Positions 1 through 13,400 of a stretch of DNA of 64,000 bases are shown in pieces; position 1 is the stretch's first letter, and each line of letters begins with the position of its first letter. This DNA comes from Chiloscyllium plagiosum. Its lineage: Eukaryota. The notes beneath the pieces were generated by a model. That model had not been told where the DNA came from. It made no database searches and saw nothing but the letters and a program-made list of their open reading frames with translations. A program made the position numbers and the translations under genes. The stretch covers positions 27,587,458 through 27,651,457 of the forward strand of contig NC_057719.1 in assembly GCF_004010195.1 (NCBI RefSeq). The letters run 5' to 3'.

Positions 1-639
1 ATGAAAAAAAGCAAACAGGGTGAGGTGATGACAGCCCACAAGGCCTTGAGACCACTATAAGTGGCCATTTAATGCCTATTGAAGGCCTCCCACCCTGTCA
101 CTTGTATTTTACCAGTGGCAGGGGAAGGCCTATGCCAGTGCTGGAAGCCACACAGTACCTGCTGTACAGGATCTTGTTAGACAAGAGGAGTGAGGAAGTC
201 TGATTTTCAGTACCCTTAAGCCCATCAGAGGCACCTCTCCCCTGTAATAGTTATTCCCCAGTGTAGCCCTGCTGTTTGCTTCATTACCTTACTCTCTGTA
301 CCTCCATTCACTGAGACCACAGAACCCAAGGCTTCTTGGAATGGTCGGACAGTCGGTAATTTCATTAAAATGATTCATTCTGCTCCCGGCGTTAAACTGC
401 TGCTGGGCAAGCCATTATGATAATAGGTAGGCTTTCGCCCACAACGCTTCCTGAACAACAACGCCCCTTAAAATCCAACTTAATGTGAGCTCGAGGTATC
501 AGAATCTGTTTACTGTAATTTCTATCCTTTCCATTTCTATTCCTCTCCAAATGGACAGAACTTTGTTTGCTTTTTTACAACTTTACTAACCTCCTTGGCT
601 ACTTTCAGCAATTTTTGCTTCTCCAAATCCTTTCTCCCC

Positions 640-1385
640 AAATCGTTCATGCCGACAAAATATCCTAACCTAATCTAGTCCCATTTGCCAGCATTTGGCC
701 CATATCCTTCTAAACCCTTCCTATTTATATACCCATCCAGATGCCTTTTAAAAGTTGTAACTGTACCAGCCTCCACGACTTCCTCTGGCAGCTCATTCCA
801 TATATACACCACTTTCTGTGTGAATAAAGTGCCCGTTAGATTCCTTTTAAATCTTTCCTCTCTCCTTTAAACCTATGCATTATAGTTCTTGCCTCCCCAC
901 CCCGGGGAAAAGACTTGTCTATTTATCCTATCCATGTCCTCATGATTTTATAAACTTCGATCAGGTCACCTCTTAGCCTCCAACACTCCAGGGGAAATAG
1001 CCCCAGCCTATTCAACCTTTCCCTATAGCTTAAACCCTCCAACCCTGGCAACATCTTTATAAGTCTTTTCTGAATTCTTTCAAGTTTCACAACATCCTTC
1101 CTATAGTAGGGAGACCAGAATTGTACACAGTATTCCAATAATGGCCGAACTAATGTCTTCTACAGTTGCAATATGACCTCCCAACTCCTATACTAATGCA
1201 CTGACCAATAAAGGCAAGCATACCAAATGCCTTCTTCATTATCCTATCTAGCTGTGACTCCATTTTCAAGGAAGTATGAACCTGCACTCCAAGGTCTCTT
1301 TGTTCAGCAACACTCCTCAGGACCTTACCATTAAGTGTATAAGTCTGCCCTGATTTGCCTTTTCAAAATGCAGCACTTCACATTC
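640..1385 (-). mobile_element. CR1-type LINE 3' fragment (RT C-terminus and 3' UTR)
   Basis: ORF 923-1138 EYCVQFWSPYYRKDVVKLERIQKR...LRGDLIEVYKIM is a typical CR1 ORF2 C-terminus. Confidence 0.85.
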
Positions 1386-1771
1386 CTGTATTTTGTCACA
1401 AGCCCCTGTGAATTAACTACATCTGGTGTTGTGTACTAACTTTGCACTAGCTGTTTTGATTTCCAATTCCCAAATATGAACAATGGTGGTCCCTTGTAAT
1501 AATCCTTGGGGAATGCAACTTCCCACCTTTTTGCCAATCTGGGTAATTTTCTTTAACCCTGACTCTTTAATTTCTGCTTTGTAGTCAGCTTGATATTCAA
1601 CCGGTTATCTATCCCCTAACTTCTACATGTTTTAACTTTATCAAAGGCATTTGTGAAAATACAAATATATTATTCCTACTGCATTACCATTGTCTACCCT
1701 TTCTATTATTTCTTCTAAATATTTAATAAGTTTGGTCAGCATTTCCATCCATTTTAAAATCCATTGAGACA

Positions 1772-2090
1772 TGATCACCTCACAGCACCAGCGACGTGGG
1801 TTCAATTCCACCCTCAGGCAACTATCTGTATGGAGATTGCACATTCTCCCCAGGTCTGTGTGAATTTATTTCGGGTGCTCCAGTTTCCTCCCACAGTCCA
1901 AAAGATGTGCAGGTTAGATGGGTTGTCCATGCTATTTGCCTATAGTGTCCAGGGATATGCAGGCTAGGTGGGTTAGCCATGGGAAATACATGGTTACAGG
2001 GATGGGGTATGGGGAAAGGTAGGTCTGGGTGGGAAGCTCTTCAGATGGGCTGAATGGACTGCTTCCACACTACAGAGATTCTATCATTCT
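1772..2090 (+). mobile_element. tRNA-derived V-SINE (HE1-like), diverged
   Basis: B box gggttcaattcc, central tgtatggagattgcacattctcccc block and LINE-like tail; similar to 54568-54878. Confidence 0.75.
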
Positions 2091-4869
2091 ACACTGGCAG
2101 TTTTGATCATATTTTCAGTTTTTATATGTTTTTCTAATATAACATACAATAAAAATTCAATTATGTTTCCTACTTACAATGTTGATGGTCTATAGTTTCT
2201 GGGACTTGTTCTATCACCTTCTTTAAATAAAGGAATGACATTATCTGTGCCATAGTGCTCTGGCTATATCCCCATTCTTATTAATGTTTATATCAATTAT
2301 AATGTGTCTCCAATAGCTCTTCCCTAACTTACTTCAATATGAACAAATATGTTGCTGTACAATATGGAGTGCTCACTGTAACTTAAATTGCTGCTATTGC
2401 ATGATTTCTGTGTTGCAGTTTTAGAAAGACATGAGTTTATTCAGGCATCAAAAGAAAGTTCGAACATTAAGGTCAAATTTAAAACATTCTTTGTTGTCGA
2501 ATACAGAAAGAGAAAAATATAACTATTCATTCTTACTAGGTAGTCTTGTGCAATCAAGGAAAAGAAGTTGATTTTTTGTGGAATACATTGCAATAAGAAA
2601 GGCATGCAAGAATATTAATGAATATGTTCAAAACTGTATTATACTGGCATTGGGAACCAGTTGAATGCTAACTGTTTAAATCCTATAAAAGAGGAAAAAC
2701 AGAAAATGACAATTCAGTTATGGGGGGTTCCCTTGAATAAAAAACAAAGCTCATGAAACATACGGTTCCTTTTAAAGACATGCCAGAGGAACACATGGGG
2801 GAAGAAAGGAACACAAGCTCCTATCATAGGTTTCAATGAAGTGGGGTGGGAGGAGATGTGGGTGCAGCAATAACATCAGTATGGGTCAGTTGAGTCAAAT
2901 AGCCCATTTCTGTGCTGTACACTGCATGCAATTCCATGTATCTAACTGGATTCTAAAAACTCGTCCGCAGTTTTAGTTCATGCAGGTCAAAGGATATATG
3001 AATCAAGTACCAGAACTTAGAAGAAATGGTTCTTAATTGCAATGTTCATCCTCAATTCTCCTCCAACTCTGACAGTCTCAATAAAGAAGGAAAGTAGGAA
3101 GTGCATGCTCCCTTTGATCTACACTGCCTGGGTGCTGATGGCTGTCATCTTATCCACAAATCAAGTAACGGAACTTTGCAGGTTCTGAATCTGAATACTG
3201 CTGTCAGCAACTTATAGCTTGTGTTTTCAAAAGAAATAGCCAAGGAAATCTCTACAGGCCTCCAGTTTTTAATCTAAAGATCTCACGTCTCATATGAATT
3301 CATTTGCTTGCAAAATCTGACCCCTGAACATAAGCTTATAATTGTGGGACAGAAACACAAACCAGAGTGAAGCACAATTTTTAATGTTGTGATTTTAACA
3401 CTCAATGGCAACAGCAAAGGTGGGCAAGACCAACAAAATGTTAATACAATTTGAATTATTGGCATGGGAGAAACTGTCTGAAATGGCTGATTGAGGTTAG
3501 ATGATCCTAACTTCCCAGTTGCAAGAATTGAGGGTCATGGCAAAGGGCAAGATGAGCAGGGGTGGGGATATCATCGATGGGATTTTAATAAAGCTAAAAA
3601 AAAATCCATATTCCTCAGAGACAGACTTTTAAGTACATGAAATCTATTCAATGTCTTTGGTAACTCATTATTTCTTGGAAGGTTGGAGAGGAAATGGAAC
3701 ACCAGTACAGAAAATCAACCAGGGCACTCACAGCAGGAACAAAGTCTGTCAAAGAAGATATAAGTAGCATTTTACTGAGAAAAGGCCGAATCACATAAAG
3801 CAGTTTTGCTACTTTCTTGTTCCTTGCTTCCTTTTCCTGTGATTGTTCTCAACTAAATAAAATCAAGTGTTCTGCTCCAAATACCTAATAAAAATGTTTC
3901 AGATTTTAGATCCAGCATTTGTGGGTTGCTAATATACAAGTCAAAAGTATTTTCAATAAAATGTCAACAAGAAATTTCAAGTTTAAGTATATTGTTCCTA
4001 AAGTAAAATGTGTCCCACTTCAAGTAGCAGTGTTATACTCCTCAATTTAAGTGAGAGTTTATCTGTTCTATTAACTAAGTCACAATGGCAGTGCAAACAG
4101 TCTCAGTTTTCATGCTGTTGATAAAGTGTCAGGAAAACAGTGATCATGCATATATTCATACTTTATGTTTTCTTTGGCACTGTGCGCCATTCTCTACTGG
4201 GGCTGTCAGAGGAGGATCAACAGGAAACACACCAGCATTTTCCATATATCCGATAGTGCTGTTCAGCACTCATGAAACACCAGGCCCCATACGTCCCTGA
4301 AAACAAGGCATTTACCTTCTTTCCACATCAGCATAAGTGCATGTTTCGGAAAGGTTTGGAGGGATATGGACCAGAAGCAGGCAAGTGGAACTAGCTAACT
4401 TAGATTACGTTCAGCATGGACTGATTGGACCATGCTGTTTCCATGCTGTATGACTCTATGACCAAGTACAACTTTATGCCAGCCACTTATGGCATTGATG
4501 CTGCTGGGATGAGGGGAATATTCCATCAGGACTTCACTTCCAGTATTCCTGTTGGAAAGTGCATGTGAAAAAGTTGAGCAAAGTCAGGATCTGACTCTGC
4601 TACGATGTTCTCAATGCTAGTCTGTCTGCTGACATTGATGCTACCAGTTTTTCACAGAAAATCATTTTAATCACAAGCAAGAAATGAATTTATACTTCTG
4701 TGAGATCATGGCAGGAGCAATGAAACCAGCTCTGCACATCCCAATCTAGGAAGGATACTGAAACCATGAAAAAATACAGTGAAGATTCTTGAGAATCATA
4801 TCAAGATGGAGAAAGATGCAAAATTTTAGCCATTTCTTCTAAAAACAGAGTCACTGAAGGCTAACATGT

Positions 4870-6345
4870 AGGTGGAGCTAGCTATTAGGGAGTCTAATGG
4901 AATATTAGCCTTTAGAGCAAAAGGATTTGAATACAGGAGTACTGAAATCTCGTCTTCATTGCATGGGAGCTTGGTGAGACTGCACCTGGACTGCTTTGTT
5001 CAGTTTCCATCTCTTTATCTCAAAGAAGATATTATTGCCATAGAGAGAGTGCAACAGAGTTCACCAGACTTGGTAAAACAAAACAAAGAATTACGGATGC
5101 TGGGGACCTAAAACAAAAACAGAAAGAGCTGGAGAAACTCAGCAGATCGGGCAGCATCTGTGAAGAGAAAAAGAGAGTTTACATTTCAAGTGCAATGACC
5201 CTTCTTTAGAACTTCATCAGCACTCTTGGTTTTTGCCCTGGGATGGTGGGACTATCCTATGAAGAGTCATTGGACAATCTGTGCCTGTATCCTCAAAGAA
5301 TGTCAAAGAATGAGAGATGATTTTATTGAAATTTATAAAATCCTTAAAGGGATACACAGGGAGGTAAGATGTTTCCCCTGGTTTTTACAGGAAGATATAG
5401 ATGGGTTAGTCGGATGGACAGACTAGTGGGCAGACGGCTAGATAAGTGCAAGGTGAGGCATATTGGAAGAAGAAACAATAGGTGGGAGTATTTAATGAAT
5501 GGCAAGACACTGGGTAGCTTAGAGGAACAGAATTATTAGCAGATCCCTGAAGTCAGCACAGCATGTCAACAGGATAGTCAAGAAGACAAATGGGATACTT
5601 GCTTTCATCAGCTTTGACATAGAGTATAAGAACAAGGAGGTAATGCTGGAATTGTACAGAGCATTGGTTAGGCCACAACTGGAATACTGTGTGCAGTTCT
5701 AGATACTTCACGACAGGAAGAGTGTAATAGCACTAAAGGAGGTTCACCAGGATTTTGCCAGGGTGATTAGGGAGCAGCTGTTCCCCTTGGTTGAGGAGTC
5801 AATCACAAGAGGGCACAGTTTTCGGGTAAGGGGCAAGAGATTCAGAAGAGATTTGGAAAAAAAACTTTTTCACTCAGTGTGTGGTGAGAATCTGGAAAGC
5901 ACTGTCTGGGAAGACAGTGGAGGCTGGAAACCTTGTAACCCTTTTAAAAATATTTGGATGAGTACTTCAAATAATCAAAGATATGGGATAAGTGCGTTGG
6001 GGTGAGCACACTTTTAGTGGCAGTTATGTTGGTGCAGACTTGATGGGCCAAAGGCTTTCTCTGTGCTGTATGAATCTATGGCTGGGGATGTCGAGAACCA
6101 GGAGGTTCAATTGAAAAGTGAGGGGGTTGCCACTTAGATCTGAGCTGAGGAGTGAGCAGAGGAGTGACTCAGAGGGTTGTTAACCTTTGGAATCCTCCAG
6201 TTCAGAGGACTCCAGATGCGCAGTTTTTGATAGATTTCTGATTACCAGTGACTACAAGGTTATGGGGATAGGATGAATAAAAGGCTTTGAAGCTCAATCA
6301 GCCGCAGTTGTATTGAATGACCTATTCATGTTCCTATGATCCTAC
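4870..6345 (+). mobile_element. Nested CR1 fragments, interrupted at about 5073-5212 by a Penelope-type terminal fragment
   Basis: ORFs 4872, 5226 and 5763 carry CR1 C-terminal motifs (GILAFRAKGFEY, DFIEIYKILKG, TRGHSFRVRG). Confidence 0.75.
5073..5212 (-). mobile_element. Old Penelope-type terminal repeat fragment with a degenerate hammerhead motif
   Basis: Minus strand gttCTAAAGAagggtcattgcacttGAAAtgtaaac followed by gatgctgcc...ctgctgag...ccagcatc, as in the younger copies at 19470 and 42614. Confidence 0.55.
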
Positions 6346-8451
6346 GAGGGGAAAAATAAAAGAGACTTTCGATATTAAAGAAATAGTTTGACAGAGCATG
6401 TACTGACAACTATTTCTATTGGTTGGTAAATGAGAAACAGAGACGATCACTAGCACACAAGACAATTTAGTAAAATTATTTTCTGCAAACAGCAATTAGT
6501 ACAAGCAATGCTTCCCCACAAATGACTATTGAGGGAGGGACTGTAAAACTGTAAAATTCTTAATGAGGGAATTGAATAAGTATTTTGAAAAGGAAGAATA
6601 TAAAGGGGAAGTGTTCAAGCCAGCTTCAGTTGAGGAATCAGCACTGTGGTATGTGCACAATGGACACCTTCTGCACTATGATTTTTCTAATTATTGTATG
6701 TTGTTGGGCTTATCTAAAGAAGTGGACAGATTGGTTGGTTATGGAGAGCTGCCAGCAACTATGAAAGCATAATGATAAGTATGAGTCACCATCTCCAGGA
6801 AGGGAAGGGCAAAGAAAGAAAAGAAGTAAAGAATGAAAACAAATCAAGTAACTAGCAAATCGGGTTGAGCCTTTTTTAGGTTTAATATACACACTGGGCT
6901 TTCTGCTTGTTTGATTAAATACTCTAGATAGTGGACCGAACCACGGTGATATGCTGGCTCACTTGGGCTCTCAGCAATGCAGATCCCAAGGTTGTGTACC
7001 AACTTAAAAACAACATTTAACTTGGCAGTGGTTGTGATGGCAAATTACTATGATTACCCTGCCCTGGGAGCATTTTACAATAGAAAAAATATTAAAGTAC
7101 ATTTTTATTGCATCACTAAATTAGCGTTATTATTGATTCTTATGTTATTGTACACTGGTGCTGCAGGCGTAAACTTAGCCAAGTATTCAAGGGTTGTCAC
7201 AATGCCAATAATTCTAAATGGCAAACAAAAAAAAAGTTTTATTAATGACTGATTCAGACAATTAAAAATTGATCAGTACTTAGAACGTATAACCTGTAGC
7301 TAAACACATTTGTCATTGCTAAGCATAAATAGAGATCAATGTGTATTGTTTAATACAAAACATTGCAGCAGTTAGTGTTAATTCTTGTATGCAATGTGTG
7401 CAGTCATAGCCTAAAACAAATCAATGACTGATTTCTAATTAAAATGAATTGCCTATTTTAAATTCCTTTGTGAAGTGTCAATCAGATATGTTAACAGTTC
7501 TTCCACTTGAAACCCTCGTTATGGTTGAATGTTCCAATCCCTAATTACCTTTTCAGGCTTCCTTTACTCATAATTATGTGGCCAGAAGACACTTGTGAGT
7601 GATACCAGCAGATGAGTATTGAAAACCTTCATACAATACCCTTGTCTTATTATCTTAACAATGAATTTAAATGAGAGGTATTTCTAAAATAAATGGATTA
7701 AAGTAACAAATTGAGAGTCTTAAATGTTCACCTGTTGACATTATTGGAAATATTTTCAAATCCATAGATAGGAGGCAACATTATAACTCAGCTTCCTTTT
7801 AAGATTTATCTTCATGAAGACATTTTTTAAAGAGATTTCTTAGAATTTTGAATAAAATGCAAAATATATAGTGGAGGCAGATTCAATCGGAGCTTTCAAA
7901 GGGAATTAGATAATTATCTGTAAAGAAAGGAAATTGTAAGTCTATGGAGAATAGGCAAGTGAATGGAATAAATGAGACATTCTTGCAGAGAGCTGACATT
8001 GATGGAACCAGCCAAATGGCTTCCCTGTATGCTGTAACTTTTCTAAATATCAAACCATTCACTTTGTTTTTGTACTCATAATTATTAACTTTACCACCCC
8101 GCTTTGGTTAGAGTTTTGTCAACTCAGTTTCAATAACACTGCCAGTGTTGAGGGAACAGAGCTTGAGGCACTCGTGAGTCTAATGATTTAAGAAATTATG
8201 CTTTATGCAGTGAGATGAGACAAGCACTGCATTATTGTCCAACATGATGTGGTTCCCTTATGTCATTATCTTCTTCAATCAGTTCCCCAGGTTAAACCTA
8301 AACTGATGCGTAAAGAAAGTCAAAATGCTAAGTTAATATGAATTCTTTTGTCTGACTTTGAAGTAGATTGTGAAATTACATTTTGAAATATACCTTAAAA
8401 GGAAGCCCACAAATATTCATCATCATACTGTTGAAAGTGCAAGAGACTCAC

Positions 8452-8631
8452 CAAGACCTCTGTGGATTCCAGCTTTTTCTCGTACTCGTTTTCTTTTTCG
8501 CTTCAGTTCAAGACACGGGAGTCCACCGACTTTTTCAAAGCACAGTTTTTTGTTGATGAAGAGGAAGAGCAGTGCCAACAAGACAACAAAGACTCCAACT
8601 GCTGACAAAAAACCAATGGCCTCAGGTGTGA
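8452..8631 (-). CDS. SYT16: Internal coding exon of a synaptotagmin-14/16 family gene (N-terminal transmembrane exon), most likely SYT16
   Basis: Translates (x)TPEAIGFLSAVGVFVVLLALLFLFINKKLCFEKVGGLPCLELKRKRKRVREKAGIHRGL, matching the SYT14/16 TM motif as I recall it (SPEAVGFLSAVGVF..LFLYINKKFCFE.VGG.P.L in SYT14). The acceptor is ttcattcttgttctctctgtag|TCACACCT and the donor is CTTG|gtgagt. The exon is 180 nt, phase 1-1. Family assignment is strong; SYT16 over SYT14 rests on recalled fish sequences and is less certain. Confidence 0.8.
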
Positions 8632-9192
8632 CTACAGAGAGAACAAGAATGAAACTAATCATTGGTGAGTCAGATAATTGGCTGTTTTACTTGTTTCCTC
8701 TCCTCAGTTACTTCTTTCCTCTCGCCCTCTGTCCAGTACTCTGGATGGAGTAGCAGGTCACCTGTTTTTGAGCTTTTACTGTCTCACAAGTCAGTTGGTT
8801 AGAAATACATAACAGTGCATCGAGCTTACTCTTTGGCTCTCCATTATCTGTGGGGCCAGGTCTCTCCTCTGACTGACATTTCCCAAAGATAAAGCAATTA
8901 CTAACAAGTCATAATAATTCATGAGCAATAATTCATTATCCCACCAATCCCTTCCATACAGGACTTAAGAGTGCAATACTCAATACTCTATTTTTAAAAT
9001 GTATTTTACCATTCCAGAGAATCAAATAAAGATTAGTGATCTCAAAAACACACTTTTAAAAATCTTCTGCTGCAATAGTTTTCTGTTTAAGATTATTTAT
9101 CTCTTGGGATGATCACTGGATTAGAAATCACATCATAGTTTCCTCTGGGTTTTTTTGTCTCCCTATTCACCCTCTAGTTACAGTGCTTTTTT

Positions 9193-9470
9193 AGATTAGA
9201 TTAGATTTCCTACAGTGTGGAAACAGGCCCTTCGGCCCAACAAGTCCACACCAACCCTCCGAAGAGTAACCCACCCAGACCCATTTCCCTCTGACTAATG
9301 CAGCTAACACTACGGGCAATTTAGCATGGCCAATTCACCTGACCGCACATCTTTGGACTGTGGGAGGAAACTCATGCAGACATGGGAATAATGTGCAAAC
9401 TCCACACAGACAGTCACCCAAGGCTGGAATTGAACCTGGGACACTGAGGCAGCAGTGCCACCGTGCCACT
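9193..9470 (-). mobile_element. HE1-like V-SINE
   Basis: Reverse complement of the SINE at 54568-54878, with a (TCTAA)n tail read as tagattagattagat on the plus strand. Confidence 0.85.
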
Positions 9471-9749
9471 GAGAAACCGTCTTATATACAATAGAAATCA
9501 CACCAATCCATAGGCTACTTAACCAGGAGGGATATGCCACTTGAGGCAAATCTTGTGGTCAGGCATCATGCAATCCCAATACAGGTGGCCATATTCAGAT
9601 GTTGTTATCAGAGACGCAGCCAGAATATGCAACAACAATTTTAGCATCAGTGGAATAGGAAGAGAGACAGCGGCTGAGTGTCAGCAGCATAACTGTCCCA
9701 TGTCCCAGCCAATCATCACCATATTATTAAATATGGATGTGAATCGGCA

Positions 9750-11140
9750 GCAGTAGGCCATTCAGCCCTTCAACCTGGTCCACCATTCTGCCCCTTGCCT
9801 AACCACAAACCAATTTATTTCTGTCTTCAAGATATCCCAAAATTCTGCTTCCAGCTCCTGTTCAGGAAGAGAGGTCCAAAGACGTACAACCCTCTGAGGG
9901 GAAAAAAAATTGCCAAGTCTTTGTTTTAAATCGGCGACCCCTGATTTTTAAGTCAATGATCCCTAGTTCTAGATTCTCCCAGGACAGGAAACATCTTCTC
10001 TACACCAACACTGTCAAGGCCCTTCTGGATTTTATATGTTTCAATCAGAACATGTATACATTCAAGAGGGCATTACATGATTATCTGGTTAAAAATAAGT
10101 GCAAGGGTGAAGAGACAAAGCAGGAGATTGGCACTAGATATGGTGTTCATTTAATGGACCATTGCAGGCACAATGGGTCAAATAACCTCCTTCTGCACTG
10201 TAACACTTCTGTGATTATCACCTCTTACCCTCCGAAACTCCAGCAGACACAAATCTAGCCTATCCAACCTCCTCCCTTAAGATCCCCTACCCATTCCAGA
10301 TTTTAGTCTGGTGGACCTTCACTGGCTCTAATGCATTTACATCCTTCCTTAAATAAGGTGAGCATTACTCTACACAGTACTTCAGATGTGGTTTCACCAG
10401 TGCCCAATATAATTGGGGCATAACCCCCCTACTTTTATATCAAATTCCACTCAATAAATGATGACATTCTATTAGCTTCCATAATTATTTACTGCACCTG
10501 CACACTAACCCATTGTGATTCATACAAGATGACATTCAGGTCTCTCTGCATCTCAGACCCTTACAATCCCTTACCTTTCAAATAAGATGCTTTCTTTTCA
10601 TTCTCTCTGCTAAAATGGACACTTTCATATTTCCCCACATTAGCCACATCTTTGCCCGTTCATTTAACTTATCAATATATTTTTGTAGCCTCCTTGTGTT
10701 CCCTTCAATCTTACTTCCTACCTGTCTTTGTGTCATCAGAACTTTGACAACCATACCATCCATCCCTTCATCCAAGTCATTTAAATAAATTAGAAACAGT
10801 TGAGGTTCCCACACTGATCCCTGTGCGTATCACTCTTTAAACCTTGCCAACCTGGTAAAGATCTATTGACATCTACTCTCTTCTCCCGAATAGTCAATAA
10901 ACCTTCTATCCATACCAATGTGCTACCTATTATAACATGAGCTTTTATTCCCTGGAATAACCTTCAATCTTATCAAATGCTAAAAATATAAATACATTAC
11001 ATTGGCTGGTTCCCCTTTATCAACAGTATATTACCTCAACAGATTGATCAAACATGATTTCACAAAATCAGGCCAACTTTGCCTGATTACTGTAATTTAT
11101 CAAAATACCCTGTTATAATGTTTTATTAAAAAAGAAGCTC
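9750..11140 (-). mobile_element. Degraded CR1 LINE fragment (RT)
   Basis: ORF 10578-10814 PQLFLIYLNDLDEGM...RRLQKYIDKL; CR1 3' end near 9750. Confidence 0.75.
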
Positions 11141-11689
11141 TTAACATTGTTAAGGTACTTTGAATACACTTCAGCGTACATAAAGGCTGCAAAATCTTTT
11201 CAGACATCCTAAGATCTTTGAAGGGATACAATATGTTTTTCCTTGAAGATTTTCCCTCATTCTTCTACTGTTTCATAAATTTGCTTGACAATTAAAGCTG
11301 AGTATAAGATGTAACAGAGTTATTCTGCTGCAATTTGAAGACAAGCAAAATCCATTGAAAGCAAGGGACAGAATCAAAAGAATATAGCTTACCTATTCAT
11401 TATGTTGAACAAGCAATGAAATGTCCTGAGATATCAGGGTGGTTGCTATGTACACAAGCCATACCCATTTTTTGAAGTCTTGCAATTTGTGCTCTCTGGT
11501 CGCTAGCATGCTTGTTATGTGCAAGCAGCACTGAACTTGTTTCTCATTGCTTGCACACACCAGCGGGGGACCAAAACCATAACTAACCTGCACTTTCTAA
11601 AGGAGATGTAGATTGTGGTGACAGTGCATGCTAACAGTCAAACAAGACGTGAATCTCATCTGAGGAGCAATGTAGAATAACACAACGTG

Positions 11690-12220
11690 AGACGTAGTGC
11701 CCTCTAAGGTATCCATACTACACTGGAGGTACCAGTGGAAGAAATGAAAAAGACAGAAAACATTTTGTATCTAGGAGGTGTATGAGGTTCTGCAGCAGGA
11801 GCAGATAATGTGGAATACATTGCAAGGAGTTTAATCCTCAGAGCTTGATACAATGGCAACGCACAAGGTCAGCAAACACAACTTTAACTTGACCAAAGAT
11901 AGCAACTAAGCCTTTAGAATTCGACACACCTCTATCACTCATCTACCAACAAGCTGTAACAATCAGGACTCAATCCAACATTCATATACAGTATCCTACT
12001 CTTACAGACTTACACTGCTTATACTCTATACTGACATTATACAAATATATTGCATCACATTAATTCTTGCACTTCCCTCTCTCTTGCAAGATAAAGTGGT
12101 ATCAATAGACTTCAATAAGCCATTGATTGGGAAAGTTGACCATTATGTGTTGCATGCCAGCTAATATTCCATGTGAAGTGGAAGAAGAGGAGGCAATGTA
12201 GACTTATTGGCACAGTTCGA
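11690..12220 (+). mobile_element. Possible decayed PIF/Harbinger Myb/SANT-like ORF remnant
   Basis: From about 11718 one frame reads TTLEVPVEEMKKTENILYL, resembling the 'ELEVLVEEV...L' start of Harbinger-associated SANT domains. It is heavily decayed and recognised by eye only. Confidence 0.3.
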
Positions 12221-12289
12221 AAGAGGGTGTAGGAGGTGAGAGACTTTGGGACGGGGGGGTGGCATGCACAACACATTTTGAAGGTAGAA

Positions 12290-13400
12290 CAATATTCTGA
12301 GAGAGTGATTGGCAAGGCACATGAGAATATCAGCTCTGTAATTCCATCCATTGTGTACATTAGCACGGATGTTATGCTGAGCCTATATAGCACTGATTAG
12401 ACCCCAAGTAGAATACAGTGTCCAGTTCTGGTCTAGGAAGGAGGTGAGGGTTCTTAAGGAGGGTGCAGAAGAGATTCACTAGAATAGTTTGAAGGATGGA
12501 GGTTTTTAAATACTATATGGGCTAGAAAAATTGGGGTTGTTCTCTTTAGAGAAAAGGAGACCAAGAGGAAATCTGATAGAGGTGTTCAGGATTATAATAG
12601 GTTTAGATACAGTAGACAAGAGCAAACTGTTCCCATCAATTGATGGTACAAAGTCTAGAGTACACAGATTTCAAGACTTTTAGGGTCCTGCGTCATGTTG
12701 TCGAACAGAAACACCTGGGGGTTCAGGCACATAGTTCTTTGAAAGTTGCATCACAGCTAGACAGGGCAGTTAAGAAGGTATTTAGTAAACTTGCCTTCAT
12801 TGTTCAGACGACTGAGCATAGGAGTTGGGACATCATGTTGTGGTTGTACAGGACATTAGTGAGGCCACTTTTGAAATACTGTATACAGTTCTAGTCGCCC
12901 TGCTATAGGAACGATACTATTAAATTGGAGAGAGTTCAGAAAAGATTTACAAAGATGGTGTTGGGACTGGAAGGTTTGCATTATAAAGAGAGGCCTGGTA
13001 GGCTGGGACTTTTTCATTGCAGCATAGGAGTTTGACCTTATAGAAGTTTAGAAGGTCATAAGATGAATAGCAAAGGTCTTTTCCCTCACGTAGGGGAGTT
13101 CAAAGTTAGGGGAGCATATCTTTTAAGATGAGAGGAGAAAGATTTAAAAGGGACCTGAGGGGCAACTTTTTTATGCAGAGGGTGGTCCGTTTGTGGCATG
13201 AACTGCCAGAGGGAAGTGGTAGATGCAAATACAGTTACAACATTTAAAAGACATCTGCATAAGTACATGAACAGGAAAGGTTTAGAGAGATATGGGCCAC
13301 ATGCAAACAAACGGGACTAGTTTACTTTGGGAAACTTGGATGGCATGAATGAGTTGGATGGAAGGGTTTGTTTCTGTGCTGAATGATTCTAATTCTATGA
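12290..13400 (+). mobile_element. Two adjacent CR1 3' fragments
   Basis: ORF 12640 ...LYRTLVRPLLKYCIQF; CR1 3' UTR ending near 13400. Confidence 0.8.

Noticed and set aside
4261..4280. REST/NRSE site (TTCAGCAC)
   Set aside because: Only the left half-site is present; there is no GGACAG half
8370..8753. 127-aa plus-strand ORF
   Set aside because: Antisense shadow of the synaptotagmin exon with no recognisable homology
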